Assembly (NCBI GenBank): GCA_038087875.1 | Contig: CM075992.1 | Span: forward strand, 7,628,001-7,692,000 | DNA length: 64,000 nucleotides | Reading direction: 5' to 3' | Origin: Malacoraja senta | Taxonomy: Eukaryota | Shown: positions 12,629 through 24,765 of the stretch, in pieces | Position numbering within the stretch: the first letter of the stretch is position 1 | How the letters are laid out: each line of letters starts with the position of its first letter | Program-made: the position numbers and the translations under genes | Notes under the pieces: model-generated | Databases searched by the model: none | What the model saw: the letters and a program-made list of their open reading frames with translations, nothing else | Told to the model about the DNA's origin: nothing

Positions 12629-13488
12629 TTTTAATTTATTTTTTATTAATAATAATTTTTTATTAGAGGTATCTGCATATCATAGTCCAACCCAATACAA
12701 ACTTTGTGTAACGATTACATATTAAGTATCCAGGGTTCCGGGTACCCAGTTACCAAAGTAGCTGGGGTCTTCCTTTATCGGTTACATATTAACGTTGCCT
12801 CTAATTATTTATTTATATTTATAGATAAGAAAAATAAAGAAATAAAGAAAAGAAATTAGAAAAATAAGATAAACTATCAATAATACAACTTAGGAGATAG
12901 GTCCGTAGGTCAGAAAACGTAACTATTCATCTAGTCCTGGGTTCGGGTTTCAATCAGGCCTCCACGCCGGCCCAGTCTACCCCTTCAAATAATCTATAAA
13001 TGGAGACCATATTTTAGTAAATAATTCTGGTTTGTCAATTAAGACATATCTAATTTTTTCCAAATGTAAGGTTTCCGACATTTCCATAATCCACATCTTA
13101 ATTGTGGGGGTTGCAGGATTTCCCCAAAATTTTAATATTAATTTTTTCCCAATTATTATACTGTACTCAAGGAAATTTCTTTGGTTTGTTGTAAGTTTTA
13201 GATATTGTTCTGATATGCCCAAAATTATTAATTTAGGATCGGGATCCAGTTGAGTATTAACAACTACAGCGATTATTTTTAAAATATCCATCCAGTAATT
13301 TTTAATTTTTATACAATTTACAAAGGTATGGGTTAAATTAGCCGATGAGTATTGGCATTTATCACAAATAGGAGAGATATTAGGAAAGATTCTATTTAAT
13401 TTTGTTTTTGAATAATGCAGTCTATGTAGTACTTTAAATTGTATTAAAGAATGTCTGGCATTTAATGAACATTGATGTATATGTTGTA
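12629..13488 (-). mobile_element. 5'-truncated L1-clade LINE with TSD
   Basis: ORF 12977-13291 (LILKFWGNPATPTIKMW..LHLEKIRY..KIWSPFIDYL) resembles fish L1 ORF2 C-termini. A-rich tail on the minus strand; 18-bp duplication aagcatctgtagttcttt at 12611 and 13489. Confidence 0.85.
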
Positions 13489-13575
13489 AAGCATCTGTAG
13501 TTCTTTCCTACGTTTAAACTATTAATGTCTGTTGAGAGTGTAATCTGGTGCAACTTTTTTATATCAATAACTCAC

Positions 13576-13656
13576 CTAATATAGGCTTTGCCATGCAAGA
13601 TATGATCAAACCACATGAACCACAGAGGACTTCCTCTGATGCTTCCAAGTACAGGA
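13576..13656 (-). other. MVB12A: Putative MVB12A 5'UTR exon, 81 nt
   Basis: Strong acceptor cttttgctgtttgtag and donor gtgagt in unique sequence between the promoter and first coding exon. Confidence 0.55.
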
Positions 13657-14700
13657 CTACAAACAGCAAAAGTAAATCACTAGTACAGTAATGAGACAAG
13701 CCATTTATATTATGAGACTGAAAATAAATTGAAATGCAAAATGTCACAAATTTCAAAGCAGGAAATAGGAGAAAATACAAATCAGTACTTAAAACATGTT
13801 TTTTTATTAGAATAGAGCATCAGGTAAACACTGTGGCTGAAACAAACATATCTTATCCTTTCAGTAGAAAAACTCCATTCTTGAAAATAGACTTGGGAAT
13901 TTTGCCTTCAATACAGGTAACTATTTGGGTCTTGTAATAAATCAAACAGGAAAGGCAGAACTAGAAGTATGAAAAGGCTGCATTTATTGCTACATAAATC
14001 CACCATCAAAACACTTAAGTAGGTAAATATCAAGTTGATGGGGAGGTATTAAATTGCACTTCATGCAACCCAGTAAAACAAAAATTTTAGATATTCCCCC
14101 TTTTACACAAATTAATAAGGAAATGTGTACACGTACAGAAAAAAGTAGACTGATTTTGTAACCAGCATTATATGAACTTTAGGAAGCCTTCTCGAAAATG
14201 TCTTTATGCATTCTGCAAATTAAATTGCAGGTTCAAATGCCGTTCATGAACACAAAGGAAGTCAACCAAATCAGAGTGTTAGATGACTAACAATGCTCCT
14301 AGTCTCGCATTACACAAAGTCCATTATTCTCTTTAACATATGGGAAAAATAAATCCGCAAACCATTGTTGTTGCAATCAACACCAACAGAAAGAATCAAA
14401 GATTACAAATCATTATTTTGCTGTGTATTTGTAAAGTGCTTGTGGAGAAAGAATCGCAATGATGCACGAGATTTTAGACAATCTTGGGTCTTGTTATAGG
14501 AACAGTAAATGGGTCTTGTTATAGGAACAGTAAATACTGAAAGTTTTTGCATCAATGGAGAAAGAAAGAGTTTATGTTCCAAGTTAATGACTCTTCATAA
14601 GTTTATACAATAACAGGAGGAGTAAAGGTGCAAACAGAAATAAAACCCAAAAAATGTTGTTCTTTTGTAAACTGTTATAGAATCATAAAATGGTTACAAA

Positions 14701-14970
14701 CATAGGAGATTTCCCGGATTTTTTTCCCGAATTGGACCTGGGTTTTTATCCGGTTTTTTGCCTCCCCCAGGAGATCACGCGGTTCTTGGGGTGGAGAGGG
14801 GTGATAGCGATATAAAGGGGAGGGTAGTGTCTTGTGTTCTGTGTCTTGTGTCTACTGTTTGTGGGTAAGGGTGACTGTTTAGTGTTCAGCCATGAGCGAA
14901 TGGCGGTGCGGGCTCGATGGGCCTGGTGGTCTACTCTCGCACCTACTTTCTATGTTTCTATGTTTCTATG
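14701..14970 (+). mobile_element. CR1-type 3' end
   Basis: gaatggcggtgcgggctcgatgggcc..ctactc followed by a (ttctatgt)3 tail. Confidence 0.7.
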
Positions 14971-15059
14971 TAAACCTGACCCCCAGTCTTAAGAAGGATC
15001 TATTCCTGAAACGCCACATATTCCTTTTCTCCAGAGATGCTGCCTGTCCCGCTGAGTAA

Positions 15060-15405
15060 AGGGCCTGTCCCACTGTACGAGGTAATTCAAGAGTTCTCCC
15101 GAGTTTTCCCCTGATTCGAACCCGGAGAATATCCGTAGTGGGTCCGTAGGAGTTCGTGGATGTCTTGTAGTGGCTCGTAAGAGTAACGGTAGGTACTCTG
15201 GAAATCCGGTAAAGTCGTGACGTTTTTTCAACACTGTGAAAAATGTCCACGAGTAAAAAAATACTCGAGATGAAATTTATTTTTACTTTTTACTCGTACG
15301 AGCCACTACGAGACATCCACGAACTCCTACGGACATTCTCCGAGTTCGAATCAGGGGAAAACTCGGGAGAACTCTTGAATTACCTCGTACAGTGGGACAG
15401 GCCCT
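15060..15405. mobile_element. PIF/Harbinger-like MITE, 346 bp, inserted in a Penelope-like terminus
   Basis: ~75-bp TIRs AGGGCCTGTCCCACTGTACGAGGTAATTCAAGAG..; interrupts gctgag-tta-ctccagc. Confidence 0.85.
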
Positions 15406-16186
15406 TTACTCCAGCATTTTGTGCCTCTCTTCAGTGTAAACCAACACCCGCAGTTCCTTCCTATACAGTACATATTCAAAAACCGATGTCAATGCTGGCA
15501 CTATCAGAATAACTTACTAGTTTCACATCCTGGCCCCTTTCATCTAATATTGCAATTTTCCCCTAATTTATTCATTTCCCTCTTGATCCTGCCTACACCA
15601 TATATGCCTTCAATGCATTCCACCAAACTAAACGCATGAAAAACAGTTTATCCTTATGTCATCCTTAATTTTCTTCTCCTTTAGTCTTTACTTGTGACTG
15701 ATCCACCAGAGGTAGGCCTCCCATTATCCACTTTGTCCAGATCCTTGTCATGTTATATACTTCTATCAGATCTCTCTTCACCCTTTACTTCTCGAATTCA
15801 TGCTATAACAGCAGTCCCTCATCTAAGGAGCCATTCTCATAAATGTGCTCCAGTCATCTTCATACCTCCATGCCCTTCTTTTGACGATGACTCCAGAAAT
15901 GAACACAGCAATCCTGATGAGCCAGGGCACTGCTTCACAAAAGGTTCAGCATGATTTCACTGTTTCACCTTTGAAACAGACCCTTTGTCCCACAATTATG
16001 TATACTTCATTCAGATCCCTCTCTCAACCTGCTCTGCTCAAGGAACACAACCTCGCACTAGCCTCGTAAATAAAAGGTCCCATCCCAGGCAACATCCTGG
16101 TGAGTTTCTTCTCCAGTACAATCTCATCCTTCCTATTGTATAGCAACCAAAAATACACAAAGCATTATAGTTGTGGCCTAAAGAAT

Positions 16187-16591
16187 CCATCCTTATTATA
16201 ACTATAAAACTCTGATCTTGGATGTGTATTTATTTATTTGTGTGTGATCACATCTTCTCAAAAAAACAACGCGGTAATGGTAACATTTTTACATATTTCG
16301 ATAGATTTATCCCGTGGAGTCCTCTCTCTGTCTGCCCTTCTCTCTCTCTCCGTCTCTGCCACTCTCTCTCTCTGTCTCTGCCCCTCTCTCTCTCTCTAGA
16401 CGCTCCTGCGAGTTGGGGGCTATGCGTGAGTGGATAGGGCGGGGATGGGGTAAAAGGAGCGAATGAATATTGATATAATATCAAGGGAATGGTTTGTGTG
16501 TGTGTGCGGTGGTCAGTGTGTGTGACACCGCAGGCCGCCCCCCGCAACCGCTCGTTGAGGGGACGGGACCCAACGGGTCCCACTTGGTCTA
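16187..16591 (+). mobile_element. Non-autonomous Helitron-like element
   Basis: 5' TC followed by an AT-rich tata..aaaa run, internal (CT)n and (GT)n, subterminal hairpin GGGACCC-aac-GGGTCCC at 16565-16581, CTA end 7 nt after the hairpin. Splits an older CR1 remnant. Confidence 0.5.
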
Positions 16592-18061
16592 TTGTTACAT
16601 AAAATTGCACCGTAACCTCCATGTTCTCATATTCCATGCACTGCCTATTGAAGGCTACAGTCCTGTACACCTTCTTCACTAACTGAACCACCCATGTTGC
16701 AACATTTGGGGATCCATTGACTCGTACACCAAGATCATTCTATTCCTCAATACTCCCCAAGGTCTGCCTACCAAACCGCATAGTCTGATCCTCCCAAACT
16801 GCATAACCGTGCACTTATCAGGATTAAATTCCTTCTGGCATTGCTCTGACCATTTCACCGACTGATCAAATATCTTCCATTAATCTGAGGTCAACATCCA
16901 CACTATCATTATCACCACCAATTTTCACGTCATCTGCAAACGAAACTATACCCAATTGACGGAACACAAAGTGCTGGAGTAACTTAGCGGTTCAGGCAGC
17001 ATCTCTGGAGGGCATGGAAGGGTGACGTTTCGAGTCTGAACCCTTCTTCAGACATTGTAGAGAGGGAGAAAAAGCTGGGAGAGGTGTGTGGTGGGACAAA
17101 CCCTGTCAAGTGATATTTGGATACAGATGAAGGGGGTTTATTTGGCTTAGGGGTGTACAAAGGCTAGAGATGAAATGGAGATGAAATTGACAAGAAGCAA
17201 AAAGGTTTGAATGAGCAGTGAAATGTAAACCCAAGGGGAGAGATGGGGGTGGAAGGGGTTGGGGTGAAAGAGAGGGTGCAACAGTAGAAGAAAGGGTGCG
17301 TAGAAGTGGCCGGAGATGGAGGGGGAAGAAAAAAAAATGCAGCGGGGCTTTATCTAAAATTGGAGAATTCAATGGTTATACCATTGGATTGTAAGCGACC
17401 CAAGTGGAATATTGAGGTGCAGATAGAAGTCTAGCATTGTGCATGTCTTATTAAACATTTTCCGCTTGGGTAGCATGCAATCCAACAGTAAATTCTCCAA
17501 CTTAAAGTAATTTTCCTCTTATCCCCTCTCTCTTTTCTGCACCTCCCCCACCTCATCCATTTCTCCCACTAACTCCCACCCCTTGTGCTCTTGCTCCTTC
17601 CCCCACCTTTGTGTACTCATCTACCATCCATCAATCCCTCATTTCCTTTTTATCCCCCCTCTTTCCTCCTTCCGCCACCCACCCCAATCATCTCCTTATC
17701 CCTCTCTCAGGCTCTACATTTCACGCCTCCTCTTCTCTGGCACCCTTTTGCCACCGTTGCGCCTCTAGCCTTAGTCACTTACTCCTTAACCGTCACTTAG
17801 CTACCAATCAAACATATTCATAAGCGTTAGGAGCAGAATTAGACCATTCGTCTCATCAAGTCTACCACGCCATTCAATCATGGCCAATCTATCTTTCCCT
17901 CTTAATCACATTCTTCTCCCTTCTCCCCATAACCCCTGACAGCCGTACTAATCAAGAATCTATCTATCTTTGCCATAAAAATATCCATTTCCCAGAAATA
18001 TTAGGGATCCGAGGATCCAGTGGGAGGAACTGAAGAGAATCCACATTAGTCAGGAAATGGT

Positions 18062-18158
18062 AGGTACACAAAAGTGCTGGAGAAACTCAGCGGGTGCAGC
18101 AGCATCTATGGAGCGAAGGAAACAGGCAACGTTTCGGGCCGAAACCCTTCTTCAGACT
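18062..18158 (-). mobile_element. Short hammerhead-bearing Penelope-derived insertion with TSD
   Basis: Flanked by ggaaatggt at 18053-18061 and 18159-18167. Minus strand begins AGU CUGAAGA A GGGU-UUCG-GCCC GAAAC GUU. Confidence 0.75.
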
Positions 18159-18372
18159 GGAAATGGTGTTAGGTAAACTGTTGGGACTGAAGGCAGATAA
18201 ATCCCCAGGGCCTGATAGACTGCATCCAGAGAGTTGTGAATCTGTGGAATTTTCTGACACAGAAGGCAGTGGAGGCCAATTCACTGGATGTTTTCAAAGA
18301 GGTTTTACCTCTTAGGGTTAAGGGAATCAAGGGATATGGGGGAAAATCCGGAACGGTGTACTGATTTTGGAT

Positions 18373-18503
18373 CAGTCTGAAGAAGGGTTTCGGCCCGAAA
18401 CGTTGCCTATTTCCTTTGCTCCATAGATGCTGCTGCACCCGCTGAGTTTTTCCAGCACTTTTGTCTACCTTCGATTTTCCAGCATCTGCAATTCCTCCTT
18501 AAA
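18373..18503 (+). mobile_element. Short hammerhead-bearing Penelope-derived insertion with TSD
   Basis: Flanked by tactgattttggat at 18359-18372 and 18504-18517. Begins CAGU CUGAAGA A GGGU-UUCG-GCCC GAAAC GUU. Confidence 0.75.
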
Positions 18504-21361
18504 TACTGATTTTGGATGATCAGCCATGATCACATTGAATGGCGGTGCTGGCTCGAAGGGCCGAACGGCCTACTCCTGCACCTGTTTTCTATGTTTCTAT
18601 CCCAGAGTACTCAAGGACGTGGCGCTAGAAATCGTGGATGCATTGGTGATCATTTTTCAATGTTCTCTCGACTATAGATCAGTTCCTGTGGACTGGATGG
18701 TAACCACTTTTTAAGAAAGGAGGGAGAGAGATAACAGGGAACTATAGACCAGTTAGCCTTACATCGGTAGTGGGGAAGATGCTTGAGTCGATTGTTAAAG
18801 AAGTTATAGCAGCGCATTTGAAAAGCAGTGACAGGATCGGTCAAAGTCAGCATGGATTTATGAGGGGGAAATCATGCTTGACAAATCTTCTGGAGTTTTT
18901 TTGAGGATGTAACAAGTAGAATGGATAAGGGAGAGCCAGTGGATGTGGTGTATGTGGACTTTCAAAAAGTCTTTGACAAGGTCCCACACAAGAGATTAGT
19001 GTGCAAAATTAGAGCACATGGTATTGGGGGTAGGGTATTGATATGGATAGAGAACTGGTTGGCAGACAGGAAGCAAAGAGTAGGAATTAACGGTCCCTTT
19101 CAGAATGGCAGGCAGTCATTAGTGGGGTGCCGCAAGGTTCGATGCTGGGACCCCAGTTATTTATTATATATATTAATGATTTAGACGAGGGAATTAAATT
19201 TCGTTCAGACCGAAAGGTCTGAATGACAAACAAAGGAATCTCTCTAATCTCTCTCTAAATGAGGCATCTCCAAGTTTGCGGATGATACAAAGCTTGGCGG
19301 CAGTATGAGCTGCGATGAGAATGCAATGAGGCTGCAGGGTGACTTGGATAGGTTGGGTGAGTGAGCAGATGCGTTATAATGTGGATAAATGTGAGGTTAT
19401 CCACTTTGGTGGCAAGAACAGGAAGGCAGATTATTATCTGAATGGTGTAAGATTAGGAAAAGCGGTACAACGAGACCTCGGTGTGTTTGTGCATCAGTCA
19501 CTGAAAGTAAGCACGCAGGTACAGCAGGCAGTGAAGAGAGCTAATAGCACATTGGCCTTCATTGGGAGAGTATTTGAGTTTAGGAGCAAGGAGGTCCTAC
19601 TGCAGTTGTACAGGACCCCGGTGAGACCACACCTGGAGTATTGTGTGCAATTTTGGTCTCCTAATTTGAGGAAGAACATTATTGCTATTGAGGGAGTGCA
19701 GCGTAGGTTCACCAGGTTAATTCTCAGGATGGCGGGAGTGACATATGATGAAAGAATGGATTGACTGGGCTTGTATTCACTGGAATTTAGAAGGATGAGA
19801 GGGGATCTTATAGAAACAGATAAAATACTTAAGGATTGTACAGGCTAGATGAAGGAAAAATGTTCCCCATGTTGAGGGAGTCCAGAACCAGGGGTCACAG
19901 TTTAAGAATAAGAGGTAGGCCATTTAGGACTGAGATGAGGAAAAACAACACCCAGCGAGTTGTGAATATGTGGAATCCTCTGCCACAGAAGGCAGCAGTG
20001 TAGGCCAATTCACTGGATGTTTTCAAGAGAGAGTTAGATTTGGCTCTTAGCGCTAAAGTAATCAAGGGATATGGGGAAAAAGCAGAAACCGGGTACTGAT
20101 TTTAGATGATCAGACATGATCATATTGAATGGCAGTGCTGGCTCGAAGGGCCAAATGGCCTACTCCTGCACCTATTTTTCTATGTTTTGACGTCCTAGAC
20201 TCTCCCACTAATAGAAACATCCTCTCCATTATCCAGGCCTTTCACTATTCACACCTCACCTGCATCCACCTATCACTTGCCAGGCTTGCCCTGAACCCCA
20301 CTTCTCATTTCCAGATTTCTCCCCCTACTACAATCAGTCTGAAGAAGGGCCCCGATTCAAAACTAAATCTGACTATTCCCTGCACCGATGCTGCCTTATA
20401 CGCCGAGTTCCTCCAGCACTTTGTGTTTGGCTCACGATTCCACCAGCTGCAGTTTCTTGTCTCTCCTACAAACATTTCATACTGCGTCCTGCTACTCACA
20501 ATGATTCACGTATCCATATTACTAGGTTTCTCTGTTCCCCCACTCTTTTTAGAACAGTAACTTCATTGTAAATTTCCTCACCTCATCCTTACTACCAAAT
20601 TGGATCAGCTCATATTCCTCCACATAAAAATCATGTTTTCATACATCTGACTGTTCTACCAGACTGTGTGTATATCCTGCTGCATTTCATCACTATCTTC
20701 TTCATAAATCACAATATCATCAAGTTTTGCGCATCTGCAATTTTAAAAATTGTGGCTTGCACCCCTGTCCAGTCTGAAAAATCTAAAGTTAATTATCACC
20801 AAGACTCTTAGGTGCAGTTTTCCAGTTAGAATGTGATGTGTACTTAAAAGATCAAACACTATTGCAAATTCGAAAAGATAACACAGCAAGAAGTTTAAAG
20901 AAAGAAAAACACAATACAAATATTCAGTCCTTGGTTTGATTTGAGACAAGCTCATTTACTGGAGCTCTACACTTATTGATTCAAATTAAAAGCAGGGTAA
21001 GATTGAACCAGCGCTTCACAGTGGATTTACAGGTATATGTAACCTCAACTCTGTATTCCAAGCCTTCTACAGTAATCTTTCACTCTCTTGCTAACCAAGA
21101 ATTATTCTACCTCTGCCTTGAAAATACTCAAATACTCTGCTCCCACCTCATTCTGCGGGAGTGTTCCAAAGACTCATGACCATCTTAAAAAATTGACTCA
21201 TAGGTCTTAAATAGCAATCACATATTTCTAAACTGTAACCTTTAGTTCTAGATTCCCCACAAAGAGGAAACAACCTCTCCACACCCATACTGTCAACACT
21301 ACTACTCAGTTTGTATATTTCAATGCCCCTTACTCTTCCAAACTCCAGAATGTACGATGAG

Positions 21362-21545
21362 CAGGAAGAAACTGCAGATGCTGGTTTAAACCAGACACAA
21401 AACGCTGGAGTAACTCAGCGGGTCAGACAGCATCTCTGGAGAAAAGGAATAGGTGACATTTCCTGTTCCTGAAACGTCACGTATTCCTTTTCTCCAGAGA
21501 TGCTTTGTGACTGGCTGAGTTACTCCAGCTTTTTGTGTCTATCTC
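21362..21545. repeat. Inverted pair of Penelope-like termini (hairpin)
   Basis: gacacaaaacgctggagtaactcagc..tctctggagaaaaggaata mirrored by tattccttttctccagaga..gctgagttactccagctttttgtgtc. Confidence 0.8.
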
Positions 21546-23500
21546 CAGAAGAGACAATCTGCCTATCAATTTTTTTCTAAAAAAATAATCCATTCATCCC
21601 AAGTTGAATAAACCTTCTTGAACCTACATATGATGCATTATCATCCTTCCTTAAAAGCAGTGACCAATGCTGCCTACAGTGCTCCTGAGGCCGATACCAA
21701 TTCCAGATATGACTGAATTACAATAAATCTCTGATAATCCTGTGTAGTTATGGAGATATCTAAGTGATTCAACATCTGACCCACTCTCCACTTGCACTCA
21801 TTGGCGCCCCAATACCTGTTCCCCTTTTATGCTCACTGACTTCCTGTTCCCCTGCTCTCTGCATAATTCATTATACTATTGTGGAACATTTAAAGATAAG
21901 TGATTTATAAGTGAGTTGAGGTATTAATAGGAATAACATAGTCTGGATAATCTGCTAATGTGACCCCACTAAAAACTAGAGGATCTCTGGAGAGAAGGAA
22001 TGGGAGACCCTACTTCAGACTGACGTCAGGGTGGGAGGGAGATAGATAAGGAAGTGTGAAGGTATGAAAACAGGGCAAAAGGAATGGAGATCAAGGAAAA
22101 TGCAGAATAGATCATTGTTAGCTGGGAGAACTCCTTGCGGATTCAAGTGCTCGTCTAGATACTTAAATGTGAGAGTACTTGCCTCCGCTGCCCACTCACA
22201 CTGTATTCCAGATTGCAATCGTCCTCTCGATGTAAACAAAGTTCCCTCAGTTTCCTACTAAATCCCTCACTCCTTGACTCTGCTGTGGAGAAAACATTTC
22301 CAACTGTCTATTCTATGTCTGCCACTCAGAAATTTTGTATACCTAATTTGTTTCTCCAATAATTCTACGATTTCACACTTCCAAGCATTAAAACTCCACT
22401 ACCTTATTTTGTTTCATTTTAAAATAGTTTGTCTCTGTTGAAATAGAAGTTCCATCAATCCCAAAACACACAGGGAGATTATTTCCTCATCACCTGATAT
22501 TTTAGGTTAAACAATTTTTCTACAGGTTCCCATAGTACAGACAGTAGCTTTTAAAAATAATTTCACCCACATTCATTATGTGCTGAAGGTACTGAAATGA
22601 CAACCCCCAAGTGGGAAATTCCACACAATGGTTAACTTTGTCATTTATGCTCCTATACTTTGCAACATGCAAAGTTTGTTTCACTCCATATCTACATTTG
22701 CCTGCCCTTAATCATATCCATGTAATAATTCACCATAATTGCTAGTTTCACCATAATTGGTAATAGATTCCACATTTTTGTTGTGCAATATATCAAATAA
22801 ACCATGCATAATTGCTTCCCCTTTTCATTAAGATACCAAAGTGATCAAATGTTCTGGAGACAAGAGACAGTTCACAGCGATCAATGCATACATGTGCGTT
22901 CTGGCTTCTGTACATAAATTTTAGGACCACCCCACCATGCTTAATTTATCACACTCCATTTATTTGTTCTGATCCAAGGTCATCAACCGGAAATATTAAC
23001 TCTGTGCTTCTGTCTCAGTACCTACCCCGAGTAAGACCATGATATTGTTATTATATCTGACTTTCTTCATGTCACTTACAACATTAGACATGTTTCTTGA
23101 GTCAATACTCCTCACAACATCCCAACAATTCAGGTTTCAAAGACACAACCCTTTTCATTCACTGCCAGGAAGAATATGAGATGCCCAGTTATTCCATATA
23201 TCATCACTAAGTCCACACATCAATGTTTGGGAAACCAGGGGAATTGGACACAAATCTTTTCGTTGAAATGTCGCAGTGAGGCATTCAGAGATGACCTGGT
23301 CCTATGATGACGACATCAACTTGGAATTAGTTGGAGACAATAAGGAAGCCTTAAATAGAAAATAAACGTTATCAGGACAGAAACTGTCTTGAGTAATTTG
23401 CCGATTTCATTGGCCGGAGTTGAACTTTTTATCACGCCGGGAGTGTGGTTTCAAACTCGGCAGCGGGGTTAAGCTGGTCACTCAGGTGGGCGAGACTCAC

Positions 23501-23790
23501 CTGTAGCGCCTACCGCGCCCAGGTGCGCTGCTCCCCTCGACAACACGGCGGACATCGGCCAACGCAGCCCACGCGATCTTCTCCGTCCCCCGCTTACCCC
23601 CACACAAACTCACACCCACCAGGCAGCCGCGATCCTCGTAGGTGAATGATCCTCCTTCTCCTCGACCGATCTGATCTAGTCTGATTTTCCCCTCCAGCCG
23701 CCGACGCGCTCGGAACTTTCGGCGAGCTGCCGGAGTTCGCGGGCTCTTCGGCTCTTTCCGGAGCTCGCACGCTCGCGCCGCCCTTTCGAA
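23501..23790 (-). other. MVB12A: Putative MVB12A first exon (5'UTR); start approximate
   Basis: CAG|gtgagt donor at 23500 inside the CpG island; an alternative donor gtaagc lies at 23597. Confidence 0.6.
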
Positions 23791-24062
23791 CTGACTTTAA
23801 CAGTTGGCCGTCTCGCGCAGGCTGCTGCCAGCCGAACGCCTCACACCGACGCCTATTCGCGTCATCACGCGGCCAACGGCATTTCCAGGAGGGGAGGGGG
23901 AGTGCGAGTCTGCTCTGCCTGTGACACTGCCCTCGCGTAACGCAGGCGCCATAGGATCTTTGGGCGAAAGTCTCGCCACGAACTACAATGTCCGGCGTCC
24001 CTTGCGATCGACCCGTGCTCCTTCGCGCGTGCTTTGTCGCGTCGGCGGGAAAAGGTGCAAAA

Positions 24063-24091
24063 ATGGCGGAAGACGGGAATATCAAGAAAAG
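24063..24091 (+). CDS. DSN1: DSN1 exon 1 (MAEDGNIKK)
   Basis: aaaATGG Kozak context in the CpG island, AG|gtaacg donor; phase 2 chains in frame with downstream exons. Confidence 0.7.
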
Positions 24092-24145
24092 GTAACGTTT
24101 GTACTCGACAGGCTATTCCTTTGAGAAAAGGAGTAGTGTTTCCTT

Positions 24146-24765
24146 TACTTTAGACTTCAGAGATATAGCGCGGAAACAGGCCCTTAGGCCCACCGAGTCC
24201 GCACCGACCAGCGATCCCCGCACACTGTCCTAAACACACTAGGGACAATTTACAAATGTACTTAAGACAATTAACCTACAAATCTGTACGTATTTGGAGT
24301 GTGAGAGGAAACCCGAGCACCCGGTGAAAGCCCACGCGTACAAACTCCGTACAGACAGCACCTCAACTTGGCCAAAAAGGCCCAGTGGATCTCCTCAACT
24401 TGGTCAAAAAGGCCCAGTAGATCTCAACTTGGTCAAAAAGGCCCACTTCAAAATATAATCACGACTCTACTCACTCCGACCTGCTCGAGATAACCACTTA
24501 TGAGGTGTTTGCGCAGTTAACTTGTATTTTAACTTGTTAAGTATGGAAGCTATTTGAGGAAATGTGTGGTGTTATGTCTGTCTTGAAGCTGTCGTGGCAC
24601 TGTAATTTCCTGCAAAGGATTATTAAAGGTATAATCAATCAATCAATCAATAAATTAATCAATCAATCAATCAATCAATTAATCAACCAGAACCCGCAGT
24701 CAGGATCGAACCCGGATCTCTGGTGCTGTGAGGCAGCAACTCTACCGCTGCACCACTCTGCCTCC
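24146..24765 (-). mobile_element. HE1/V-SINE-like SINE split by a ~330-bp insert
   Basis: SINE halves at 24146-24362 and ~24690-24765. The insert carries three ~30-bp tandem units (ctcaacttggtcaaaaaggccca) and an (AATC)n tail. Confidence 0.7.

Larger units (their letters stand above)
17990..20190 (+). mobile_element. CR1 LINE ORF2 (RT) remnant with nested insertions
   Basis: KSPGPD, VDVVYVDFQKVFDKVPH, NVDKCEVIHFG and VRPHLEYCVQFWSP motifs across broken ORFs; CR1 3'UTR ending ttctatgt. Confidence 0.9.
23430..24100. promoter_or_regulatory. CpG island, bidirectional promoter for MVB12A (-) and DSN1 (+)
   Basis: Dense CpG in unique sequence with divergent first-exon donors at 23500 and 24092. 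ZNF143/Staf-like ACTACAATGTCCGGCGTCCCTTGCG at 23982-24006, E2F-like GGCGGGAAAA at 24044-24053, YY1-like AAAATGGCGG at 24060-24069. Confidence 0.85.

Noticed and set aside
341..13656. Minus-strand gene as a snoRNA-host lncRNA
   Set aside because: Exons 6933-6838, 5062-4964 and 2989-2893 splice in frame into a clear MVB12A-like protein.
23594..24124. 163-aa and 106-aa ORFs
   Set aside because: Stop-poor CpG-island sequence with no recognisable homology.
24361..24445. Three ~30-bp repeats as a CRISPR-like array
   Set aside because: Head-to-tail tandem with no unique spacers, no cas genes, eukaryotic context.
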